Below are positions 1-7,670 of a stretch of 20,000 nucleotides of DNA, piece by piece; position 1 is the first letter of the stretch, and each line of letters opens with the position of its first letter. The notes below the pieces were generated by a model that saw only the letters and a list, made by a program, of their open reading frames with translations, was not told the DNA's origin and searched no databases. The position numbers and the translations under genes are program-made. The stretch comes from an uncultured virus (IMG/VR IMGVR_UViG_3300044633_000831) (Duplodnaviria > Heunggongvirae > Uroviricota > Caudoviricetes), in the IMG/VR virus record IMGVR_UViG_3300044633_000831; one strand, given 5' to 3'.

Positions 1-1
1 A

Positions 2-76
2 TCTAGTTCTAGTAATTCATTTATTAACATTACCGCAGGTACTGGTGGGTATTGCCTTATTTTTTGGAGAGAGTAA
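2..76 (+). CDS. 3' end of an upstream gene, probably a glycine-rich tail fibre/adhesin (partial)
   Basis: Frame from base 2 reads SSSSNSFINITAGTGGYCLIFWRE-stop. This C-terminus resembles the ends of 478..1374 (GAAGIVVIEY) and 2393..3208 (TGGYVIITFTL). Its TAA overlaps the next ATG (TAATG, 74-78). Confidence 0.55.
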   Translation, partial: SSSSNSFINITAGTGGYCLIFWRE

Positions 77-459
77 TGAGATACGCAAAAATATTAAATT
101 CAAAAGTAGAAAACACTATCGTTTTGCGTGATGAAGATGTACATTTGATGCCTAGCGATTGGGTGCTTGTTAAATCAGATACAGCAAACATTGGTGACGA
201 GTATCTTAACGGCGTTTTCATTCCTCCCGCACCTGTTGTACCAGAAACGCTACCAAAACGCTTATCCTTAGACGACATCCGCAATGCACTAACACTTGCT
301 GAAAAGATCAAATGGGACAATAACAAAACCGATGAAATCACGACTGTAAAAGTTGAATTTTCAACTCCGTTACTTGTTGCCGATGCAGAACAATGGCTAC
401 AACTGCTAGTCGACAGTGGTTCTATTTCACAAGAGTCGATTGATAAAATTTTAGCATAA
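76..459 (+). CDS. Small tail-fibre-associated protein (putative assembly chaperone)
   Basis: Start moved from 52 to ATG 76 (GGAGAG at 66-71; TAATG coupling). MRYAKILNSKVENTIV...ANIGDEYLNGVF is paralogous to the N-terminus of 1388..1636, and both follow fibre-like genes. Confidence 0.55.
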   Translation: MRYAKILNSKVENTIVLRDEDVHLMPSDWVLVKSDTANIGDEYLNGVFIPPAPVVPETLPKRLSLDDIRNALTLAEKIKWDNNKTDEITTVKVEFSTPLLVADAEQWLQLLVDSGSISQESIDKILA

Positions 460-477
460 TATAGAAAAGGAAACTAA

Positions 478-1374
478 ATGGCAAAAAATCTTTCAAATAT
501 AATACGAGCAGGATCTGGAAGTAATCCATTGCCTATTACATACGGCGGTACTGGCGCAACTACACTTACAGGTGTTTTAAGAGGTAACGGAACAGGAGCA
601 GTTACTGCTGCATCTGCCGGAACAGATTACCTAGCGCCACCGACAGGAACATCGTTATTGAAAGCAAATTTAGGTGGCGCGTTAGCGAATGCGGTTGCCG
701 GAACGGATTATTTTGCTGCGGTTGCTCCGGGCACATCTGGTAACGTGTTAGTATCTAACGGCACTACATGGGCATCTAGTGCTCCAGCAAGTGGTGGTTT
801 TTCTAATCTAGTTGTATTCACTTCTTCTGGAACGTGGTCAGTCCCTGCAGGAGTTACTAAGTGTAAAGTGACTGTTACCGGCGGTGGTGCCGGTGGCGCC
901 TCTAGTGGGAGCAGCGGTAATGGTGGTGCTAGTGGCTCCGCCGGTGGTACAGCAATTAAGGTTGTTACATTGAGCAGTGGAACAGCAACAATTACTATTG
1001 GCGCAGGCGGAGGAGGAAGCGCCGCTGGTGGAGCTAGCAGTTTTACTTACTCTACAACTACGTTAACCGGTGGAGGAGGAGCAAGCAGCGGTACTTTTGT
1101 TGCCGGTGCGGGAGGTGCAGCATCCGGCGGTGACCTAAACATTAGCGGTGGTGGTGGCACAGGAATCCTAGGATCGGGCTCCATTCAAGTTGGCGGAGGC
1201 CCAGGAGGGAACTCGATATGGGGAGGCGCAGGCGGCGGAGGAAATGCTAATCCAGGTCAAGGAACTTCTAATGGGCAAACTGCTGCGACGAATTCCGGTA
1301 GTGGCGGTGGCGGTCCGGGATCAAACGGTTCAGGCGGCTCAGGTGCTGCTGGCATTGTAGTAATTGAATATTAA
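478..1374 (+). CDS. Glycine-rich tail fibre/adhesin protein
   Basis: AAGGA RBS. Shaft-like N-half (LPITYGGTGATT, two AGTDY repeats), then VFTSSGTWSVPAGVTKCKVTVTGGGAGG, poly-Gly segments and a terminal GIVVIEY strand, typical of phage glycine-rich fibre domains. Confidence 0.7.
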   Translation: MAKNLSNIIRAGSGSNPLPITYGGTGATTLTGVLRGNGTGAVTAASAGTDYLAPPTGTSLLKANLGGALANAVAGTDYFAAVAPGTSGNVLVSNGTTWASSAPASGGFSNLVVFTSSGTWSVPAGVTKCKVTVTGGGAGGASSGSSGNGGASGSAGGTAIKVVTLSSGTATITIGAGGGGSAAGGASSFTYSTTTLTGGGGASSGTFVAGAGGAASGGDLNISGGGGTGILGSGSIQVGGGPGGNSIWGGAGGGGNANPGQGTSNGQTAATNSGSGGGGPGSNGSGGSGAAGIVVIEY

Positions 1375-1387
1375 CGGGGGTAGAGAT

Positions 1388-1636
1388 ATGGCACATTATG
1401 CAGTAATCGAAAACGGCAATGTTGTAAACACTGTTGAAGCAGATGCAGAATATGCATTACAAAACGGATGGGTAGCGGCTGAAAAAGAAGTGTGTATTGG
1501 TTGGGTTTATTTGGATGGAAACTTTATAGATGAAAGACCAATTGAAGCACTAATCGATGATACGCCTGTTCAACCAACTAAAGAAGAACTTATTGCACAG
1601 ATTGAACTTTTAACTAAGCAAATTCAAGCACTGTGA
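1388..1636 (+). CDS. Small tail-fibre-associated protein (putative assembly chaperone)
   Basis: Likely start ATG 1388 (MAHYAVIENGNVVNTV...IGWVYLDGNF). C-terminal coiled-coil PTKEELIAQIELLTKQIQAL. Paralogue of 76..459. Confidence 0.55.
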   Translation: MAHYAVIENGNVVNTVEADAEYALQNGWVAAEKEVCIGWVYLDGNFIDERPIEALIDDTPVQPTKEELIAQIELLTKQIQAL

Positions 1637-1640
1637 TAGT

Positions 1641-1648
1641 TATAAATA
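1641..1648 (+). promoter_or_regulatory. T4-type late promoter box TATAAATA
   Basis: Exact T4 late consensus in the intergenic gap upstream of ATG 1683. Confidence 0.75.
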
Positions 1649-1682
1649 GTTTATTATTTGACTAATCATACAAGGAAACTAA

Positions 1683-2390
1683 ATGTCAAAAAATTTATCA
1701 GCACTGTTAAGAACTGGTAGTAGCACTCCATTAACAATTGCTAGCAATTCAATACTAGGTGGTGTAAAAGTTGACGGAACTACTATTACAATTAATCCAT
1801 CAACTGGTGTTATTAGTGGTGCAAACACATACTCATTAATTGCTACAACTACAACAACATTAGGTGGTGTAATTATACCAGTAGTTGGAACTAGTGGTAT
1901 TTCTAATTCATCAGGTACAATTGGGTTAGCAACTGCAAGTACTACACAATTAGGTGGTGTAAAAGTTGACGGAACTACTATTACAATTAACGGTAGTGGT
2001 GTTATTAGCATAACAGAACCAACTACTACACTATCAAGTACTGCAACTACCCTTACTATTGATTTAACTACAACTACTACGTCAACAATAATTATTACAT
2101 GTGATACTACTGCTAGTCAAGCAAAAACTTTTAATTTTACTGGCACTCCTGCTACAATGATTAGTACAAACATATTCTCAATAAATGTTATTGTTAAAAA
2201 CAACGTAGCAATTTCTAGTTTAACGTGGCAACGTGCAGGAGTCGCAGGTAATGTTAAATGGCCAAATGGTGCAATTCCTCCTGCCACATTGACTGCAATT
2301 GGTACCGGGGGTTATGATGTTTGGACATTTTTTACAACAGATGGCGGTACAACGTTTGCCGGAAGTTTATCAATGTATGGAGTTAGATAA
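1683..2390 (+). CDS. Tail/head fibre-like protein with A(S/T)xxxLGGV(K/I) repeats
   Basis: Three LGGV repeats (two LGGVKVDGTTITIN), Thr-rich. C-terminal VKWPNGAIPPATLT...YDVWTFFTTDGGTTFAG resembles a common phage fibre terminal domain. N-terminus shared with 478..1374. Confidence 0.65.
   Translation: MSKNLSALLRTGSSTPLTIASNSILGGVKVDGTTITINPSTGVISGANTYSLIATTTTTLGGVIIPVVGTSGISNSSGTIGLATASTTQLGGVKVDGTTITINGSGVISITEPTTTLSSTATTLTIDLTTTTTSTIIITCDTTASQAKTFNFTGTPATMISTNIFSINVIVKNNVAISSLTWQRAGVAGNVKWPNGAIPPATLTAIGTGGYDVWTFFTTDGGTTFAGSLSMYGVR
1756..1990 (+). repeat. Perfect 40-bp direct repeat (1756-1795 and 1951-1990), partial third copy at 1861-1872
   Basis: TAGGTGGTGTAAAAGTTGACGGAACTACTATTACAATTAA occurs twice, 195 bp apart and in frame. 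Confidence 0.95.
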
Positions 2391-2392
2391 CC

Positions 2393-3208
2393 ATGATTGG
2401 CAAATTTTTTGGGAAGTTAATTCGTGAAATAACTCCTGCTGATATGACTCCAGTTACTATTAATTCGTCCGGAACTTATAATCCTAGATACGGAAAACAA
2501 CGTATTTTCATATCCGGAGCCGGTGGGGTAGGAACTTATATTCCTGGAAACTTTTACGACAATTCGTATACTAATTCTGGATATACAAATCCAGCTGTTA
2601 ATAACTCGTATACTAATCCTGGATCTACTAATGCAGCGCAAAACGGTGTACAAGTCGGAGTTTATTATGTAAACTGGAGTCCAAGTACCTGGTATGCTGA
2701 TGCTTCTGGGCCTCCGGGAAATTGGAGTTGGTATTATAATGTAGTTACCCAGTCTGTTACATATTATAACTTTTATGCATATTATTCTCCGTATCCGAGT
2801 AGTGTTAATACAATGGGCGGGTATAACATGCCAGGCAATGGTGGTACTACTCCATCTAGTCCGTATGCAGTCGGAACTCCTGGGGCGGGACAACTTTACG
2901 GTAATGTGCCAGCATATTATCAACCGGGCAATTACGTTCCGGGCAATTACGACCCAGGAAATTACGTTCCGGGGAATTACGTTTCAGGAAACACCGGAAC
3001 AAATGCAGGTACTACAAATACCGGATCTACCTTTAATATATTTGGAGTATCATTACCAGGAGGTGTAGGCGGCGCTGCAACTGCAATACCCCCAACGCTT
3101 GGAAGCTTTACAAGTTATTATACAAGCTACTATACAGTTTATGATACTTCGCCTATAACAGTAACAGTGCCCACAGGCGGGTACGTTATAATTACATTCA
3201 CACTATAA
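2393..3208 (+). CDS. Tyr/Asn/Pro/Gly-rich putative adhesin or fibre tip with pentapeptide repeats
   Basis: Termini resemble the Gly-rich domain framework (TINSSGTYNP...ISGAGGVG; ITVTVPTGGYVIITF). Internal (S/G)YTN and YxPGN repeats flank an aromatic-rich core. Starts 2 bp after the fibre gene. Confidence 0.5.
   Translation: MIGKFFGKLIREITPADMTPVTINSSGTYNPRYGKQRIFISGAGGVGTYIPGNFYDNSYTNSGYTNPAVNNSYTNPGSTNAAQNGVQVGVYYVNWSPSTWYADASGPPGNWSWYYNVVTQSVTYYNFYAYYSPYPSSVNTMGGYNMPGNGGTTPSSPYAVGTPGAGQLYGNVPAYYQPGNYVPGNYDPGNYVPGNYVSGNTGTNAGTTNTGSTFNIFGVSLPGGVGGAATAIPPTLGSFTSYYTSYYTVYDTSPITVTVPTGGYVIITFTL
2918..2992 (+). repeat. Five tandem imperfect 15-bp units encoding YQPGN-YVPGN-YDPGN-YVPGN-YVSGN
   Basis: Read directly: tatcaaccgggcaat tacgttccgggcaat tacgacccaggaaat tacgttccggggaat tacgtttcaggaaac. 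Confidence 0.9.
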
Positions 3209-3213
3209 AAATT

Positions 3214-3807
3214 ATGTATACAATACCAGATATTCACACTGCATTAGAACCATTAGTTTGTTGGTCAGGTGCATTTACAGAAGAAGAAATTAATAAAATA
3301 ATTAAAATGGGAGACGAATTAGCGTTCCAGCGAGCAAAAGTTGGTTCAAAAAATTCTGAAGATTTAAAAATTAGAAATAGTACAGTATCTTGGATACAAC
3401 CAAATGAAGAAACTAGTTGGCTATTTAATAAAATGGCTGAAATAGTTGCTAGGATTAATACTGACAAGTATCAATTTACATTATCTCATATAGAAGCACT
3501 ACAATATACTACATATGAAATTAACGAGTTTTATGGTTGGCATATTGACGGAGCAGCAAAGGATACGTTTGGACCACATCATAGAAAATTAGGAATTTCT
3601 GTTATATTATCAGATCCGGATAGCGAATTCACCGGCGGAGAATTCCAGATTATTCCTGACGGAAATCCTAATAATGTAAATAGTACAAAGCCTAAAAAGG
3701 GAGATGTAATAGCATTTCCGTCGTTTGTTCCCCATCAAGTTACAAAAGTTGAATCCGGAAAACGGAAAAGTTTAGTTTGTTGGGTACTTGGGCCAAAATT
3801 TAAATAA
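3214..3807 (+). CDS. 2OG-Fe(II) oxygenase (prolyl-4-hydroxylase/PKHD-type superfamily)
   Basis: HxD in FYGWHID, RKLGISVILS, FTGGEF, distal His in FPSFVPHQVTKV, and 2OG-binding Arg in GKRKSLVCW. Confidence 0.9.
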   Translation: MYTIPDIHTALEPLVCWSGAFTEEEINKIIKMGDELAFQRAKVGSKNSEDLKIRNSTVSWIQPNEETSWLFNKMAEIVARINTDKYQFTLSHIEALQYTTYEINEFYGWHIDGAAKDTFGPHHRKLGISVILSDPDSEFTGGEFQIIPDGNPNNVNSTKPKKGDVIAFPSFVPHQVTKVESGKRKSLVCWVLGPKFK

Positions 3808-3817
3808 AAGAGGGTAA

Positions 3818-4537
3818 ATGTCGCTTATATCAATTTTTAAAGATCCACTAATAGAGTTTTTAACTTCCGAACAACATTCTACAGTATTAATCCCGCCTGG
3901 ACCTGCTAATAAATTTATACCGGAATGGTATAAATCTATTCCTGCAGTTAGTAAATCTTTTAGAGACGTGAAAGGTGCACACGGAATGACTGCTAAGAAG
4001 TGTTTACCGATGTTAGATGCAATGACACACGGCTACATTATTCCACTAGCAGGCGACATACATGTAAGGACAAATGAAGACGCAACTATAATTGATATTA
4101 CTGAAAATCCGTATGTTCGATTAACAGACGAACACGACCCAACTCAAGTAGGACCAAATTTTCCGTATCCTGGAAAACATTTAATTAAATTTTTAAATCA
4201 TTTTGTTATTAAAACTCCTCCAGGATATTCGTGTTTATTTACTGCACCGGTTAATCATTTAGAATCTAGATTCTTAACATTAGGTGCAGTGGTCGAAACC
4301 GATATGTATGATAGAGAAATTAATTTTCCAACTGTGTGGCTAGCTAATAATTTTGATGACATTTTACCTGCAGGAACTCCGTTAATACAATGTATTCCGT
4401 TTAAACGCAATACTAATATTGATAAGTACACTGTTAGACCATTTACTTCTAAAGAATTTAATCAAAGAGAAATAACAAGAATGAAACAAGATAATCAGTG
4501 CAGTTATTATGTTAATAATATTAGAGTAAAAAAATAA
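3818..4537 (+). CDS. Conserved phage protein, DUF6065-like, possibly dUTPase-like fold
   Basis: Motifs KKCLPMLDAMTHGYIIP, IKTPPGYSCLF, GAVVETD, INFP, AGTPLIQCIPFKR. Paralogous to the next ORF. Confidence 0.55.
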   Translation: MSLISIFKDPLIEFLTSEQHSTVLIPPGPANKFIPEWYKSIPAVSKSFRDVKGAHGMTAKKCLPMLDAMTHGYIIPLAGDIHVRTNEDATIIDITENPYVRLTDEHDPTQVGPNFPYPGKHLIKFLNHFVIKTPPGYSCLFTAPVNHLESRFLTLGAVVETDMYDREINFPTVWLANNFDDILPAGTPLIQCIPFKRNTNIDKYTVRPFTSKEFNQREITRMKQDNQCSYYVNNIRVKK

Positions 4538-5289
4538 TGTCTATAATATCAACTATTAAATCGTTATTATTTGAAGCATTTGATACAACTCCTATGATTT
4601 CTTTCAAGTGTGAAGTTCCAGGATATGAAGTAGGGCAACCTGTAAAACGCGCAGTAGATATTAAACCAGACTGGATGATTGATCAGCAAAAAGAAGCGAC
4701 CCATCATGGAACTCATAAATTCTCTGCGTGTCCGGGTATGCACGATTTGTATAAAACAGGATACATCATTCCTGCATGGGAAGATTTTGAAATTATTGTT
4801 ACGGAATCTACTTTTAAAATTCAAATCGGTAGAGGCACTACATTTCCATGTTTACCTCATCAACCATTATCGTACCACGTAGTAAAAGACATAATTGCGC
4901 TCGATGAAGGTATGACAGGACATGCTATAAAATTTCCATCTCCATGGAAGGCGTTTACTAAGCCAGGGTATTCTGCGCTTGTTATGCCGGCAATGTACCA
5001 TTCTCCGTTTCTTCGTGATTTATTTGTATATCCGGGTATTAATGATTACGACACATTTCATCATTTAAATTTAATGGTTACTCCAGTAAAACCGATGCAC
5101 ATTAAAATATATGCAGGTACTCCGTTATTGCAAGTAATTCCGTATAAACGAGAAATCATTACTGCCGAAGTTGGTTTAGCTAGTGCTAAAGATATTGCGT
5201 TGGCTAATTTTACATACCGAACTAGTGCTCCGGGATTTTATAGAAAATGGTTATACAAGAAAAAAACAACAGACATTAAATATATTTAA
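4537..5289 (+). CDS. Conserved phage protein, DUF6065-like paralogue
   Basis: Matching motifs SACPGMHDLYKTGYIIP, FTKPGYSALV, PGINDYD, AGTPLLQVIPYKR. TAATG stop/start overlap with the previous gene. Confidence 0.55.
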   Translation: MSIISTIKSLLFEAFDTTPMISFKCEVPGYEVGQPVKRAVDIKPDWMIDQQKEATHHGTHKFSACPGMHDLYKTGYIIPAWEDFEIIVTESTFKIQIGRGTTFPCLPHQPLSYHVVKDIIALDEGMTGHAIKFPSPWKAFTKPGYSALVMPAMYHSPFLRDLFVYPGINDYDTFHHLNLMVTPVKPMHIKIYAGTPLLQVIPYKREIITAEVGLASAKDIALANFTYRTSAPGFYRKWLYKKKTTDIKYI

Positions 5290-5301
5290 AGGATTTTAAA
5301 C

Positions 5302-5718
5302 ATGAATACAATTTTTAAAGTAAGAATTAATCAAGACGGTTCGATTAATTTATTAAAACAAATAGTTGCAATAAACAGTGATGATACTAATTGGAGACCT
5401 GCGGTTGAAATAGAACCAGAACCGACAGTAACATCATTAGAGAGAGTTATTCCTCAATACGATTTAACTACTGATCCAATCGGTATTACTTATGTTGTAA
5501 TTAACATGACTCTTGCTGAAAGACAACAACATGAAATTCAAAAAATTAAACAAAAGCTAATATCGTCAGTTACTACAATGGTACATTCTAATTTTGAAGT
5601 AGATCCGTCGGCGTTCGATACCGATGTACTTACACAATCAAAATTAGAAGTAGACTCTAAAATTGCAGCTATTACTGCAGCAACTACTCACGAAGAGTTA
5701 ACTGAAATTGTTAGATAA
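5302..5718 (+). CDS. Hypothetical protein, possibly a fibre assembly chaperone
   Basis: AAGGA RBS. Helical C-terminus KIAAITAATTHEELTEI resembles the ends of tail-fibre assembly proteins. Confidence 0.4.
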   Translation: MNTIFKVRINQDGSINLLKQIVAINSDDTNWRPAVEIEPEPTVTSLERVIPQYDLTTDPIGITYVVINMTLAERQQHEIQKIKQKLISSVTTMVHSNFEVDPSAFDTDVLTQSKLEVDSKIAAITAATTHEELTEIVR

Positions 5719-5730
5719 AACGTATCTTAA

Positions 5731-6180
5731 TTATAAACTATCAATAATATCAATAACAGTTTGAATCTTAGTTTGTATAATTTTATTACGCAAGCTAAGA
5801 TTTAACCCGCGATGAATAGGTTTTGGAAGTGCAACTAAACTAAACCAACCCCATGCAATGTGTTCATTACTTAAGGTTGGAACAAATTCATTTTCCACTA
5901 AACAAAAATATGTATGAAAATTGAAAACACTATCATTAGATACAAACTTTTCTAATGGTAGTGTTTTTTTAATGACTGGGAGAAATCCAATTTCTTCCTC
6001 TATTTCTCTAGTAAGACCTTGCCACGGATTTTCATCAGCGAGATTAGTCCCTCCGACTAATCCCCAGGTTCCTTGATGTTTACCTGAGGATTTTTGGATC
6101 AACAGAAATCTATGTGTAGCTTGAGAATATATAAGTGCGCCGCTACATATTACCTGTTCGGTTACATTTCTAGTCGCCAT
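5731..6180 (-). CDS. Nudix hydrolase
   Basis: Complete Nudix box G-TNLAD-E-NPWQGLT-REIEEEIGF (GX5EX7REUXEEXGU), preceded by FLLIQK and GTWGLVG. Confidence 0.92.
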   Translation of the reverse strand: MATRNVTEQVICSGALIYSQATHRFLLIQKSSGKHQGTWGLVGGTNLADENPWQGLTREIEEEIGFLPVIKKTLPLEKFVSNDSVFNFHTYFCLVENEFVPTLSNEHIAWGWFSLVALPKPIHRGLNLSLRNKIIQTKIQTVIDIIDSL

Positions 6181-7634
6181 TTACCCACCTTGTAAATTCC
6201 TTCAAAACTTTTAAGCCATGATATCCCATTCCACACATATTGTATACTAGTAAAAATATTTGTTTGCCAAATCATATAATCAAACGCATTCACTGAATCA
6301 AAAATTACAATCCACTGATTACCATCCCATTCAATAATATCGTTAGCATGCGCAACTAGCGGTTGTCCGTTGGCTCCTTTCCAACCATCTGGATTATCTT
6401 CGTTATGTTCATTACCAGTATCTTCAATTAATAGATATCGGCATCCTGAATATATAGGATGATCAGTTGGATCAAATGTAAGAGGATTAATAATTGCATC
6501 AACGGTTCCGGGAGATTGCATGTATCCCGGAACATCTCTATAGTTTGGACCTGCGTCGTAATTTAAATCAAAATCAAACAATCCTACACTGTTAATGCCA
6601 GTGTTTGGATTTTTAGTATCTTGATCCCAAACAACGTCTAATATTGTTTCTTCATATTGATGTCTAGAAACAGTACCATTAACTTCTGTGCCGTCGGGCT
6701 GCATTAAAAATATCCTAGTTACTCCTGATATAAATTTATCTGGGAACATCTCTAACAACTCGTCCCATTTAACTTCTGCATTATAATGTTCTGGCATGTC
6801 TAGTGACAAATCATTAGTTAACGAAGAATTTTTTGAGTTTAATAATGTAATCTGATTGTTTACTACTTCAATTGCATAATCTTCAGTCACTGAAATAATC
6901 TGAGTCATTAATGTAGACGTAGTTAAGTCTGGTATAAACGCATCATTACCAAAACCTGAAATGTACGGTGCATTTGCATCATGTAATCCGGTAATAATCT
7001 TTGTAATAATCCCATGTTGTTTAAGTTTAACTGGCGGACTAATCCATATAGGCGCACTTACGGTTAATGTTCCAATGTCAATTGGTGTATCATTGCCAAC
7101 TGGTACTGCTTTGCTTGACCATGCAATTGAATCTAAATTTAATACTGAAATACTTGTCCAATCAAAATAGTTATCAGTTGTTTGTAATTCCAAACTTGGA
7201 TTAAACAACATTAAAATTTGTTCTAAAATTTGTAATTTTTGATCAGTATTTGCAGTCCAAATGTCAACTTTCATAGTTAACTTAAACGGTGTTGGCATTA
7301 ATCGTTCTATTGTATAATTTCTACCAACGTTACTCGTATATTGCCCGTCTACTATTTCACGTTCTCTAACATGCTTTTTACTAACAAATGTTGAATCTTG
7401 AAGACGTTCTCTTTCTAAATCTAATCCGTATATATACACACTGATTCTTGGTATAGAATTTAGTGTATTTTCTGAATTCTGCCTTATTACAGTAGCAGCT
7501 TGTCTATCCGAATCACCATACGCAACTGGAATACGATGTAACGATCCGTCGCTGTATCGTACAGTAAACTCACTAAAAACTCTAATTGTTTGTGTAACGT
7601 ACCGTCTTATGGCACCGTCATAAAAATGTTGCAT
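6162..7634 (-). CDS. gp15: Tail sheath stabilizer/tail completion protein (T4 gp15-like) with C-terminal extension
   Basis: FYDGAIRRYV...FS, IPVAYG, PRIS, MPTPFKLTMKVDIWT..DQKLQILEQILMLFNP are gp15-type motifs. AGGAGA RBS. Downstream of the gp14-like gene. Confidence 0.85.
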   Translation of the reverse strand: MQHFYDGAIRRYVTQTIRVFSEFTVRYSDGSLHRIPVAYGDSDRQAATVIRQNSENTLNSIPRISVYIYGLDLERERLQDSTFVSKKHVREREIVDGQYTSNVGRNYTIERLMPTPFKLTMKVDIWTANTDQKLQILEQILMLFNPSLELQTTDNYFDWTSISVLNLDSIAWSSKAVPVGNDTPIDIGTLTVSAPIWISPPVKLKQHGIITKIITGLHDANAPYISGFGNDAFIPDLTTSTLMTQIISVTEDYAIEVVNNQITLLNSKNSSLTNDLSLDMPEHYNAEVKWDELLEMFPDKFISGVTRIFLMQPDGTEVNGTVSRHQYEETILDVVWDQDTKNPNTGINSVGLFDFDLNYDAGPNYRDVPGYMQSPGTVDAIINPLTFDPTDHPIYSGCRYLLIEDTGNEHNEDNPDGWKGANGQPLVAHANDIIEWDGNQWIVIFDSVNAFDYMIWQTNIFTSIQYVWNGISWLKSFEGIYKVGKWRLEM

Positions 7635-7651
7635 ACATTCTCCTATTCCGT

Positions 7652-7658
7652 TATTTAT
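7652..7658 (-). promoter_or_regulatory. Late promoter box ATAAATA upstream of gp15
   Basis: TATTTAT on the + strand in the 36-bp gap between gp14 and gp15, upstream of the RBS. Confidence 0.6.
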
Positions 7659-7670
7659 TGCAGCAAAAAT

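Noticed and set aside
2561..2992. CRISPR array or diversity-generating retroelement target
   Set aside because: The repeats are in-frame coding units with no unique spacers. No template/variable repeat pair differing at adenines and no reverse transcriptase in the window.
5712..5726. Possible terminator at the convergent junction (AGATA-AAACG-TATCT)
   Set aside because: Only a 5-bp AT-rich stem with no T-tract.
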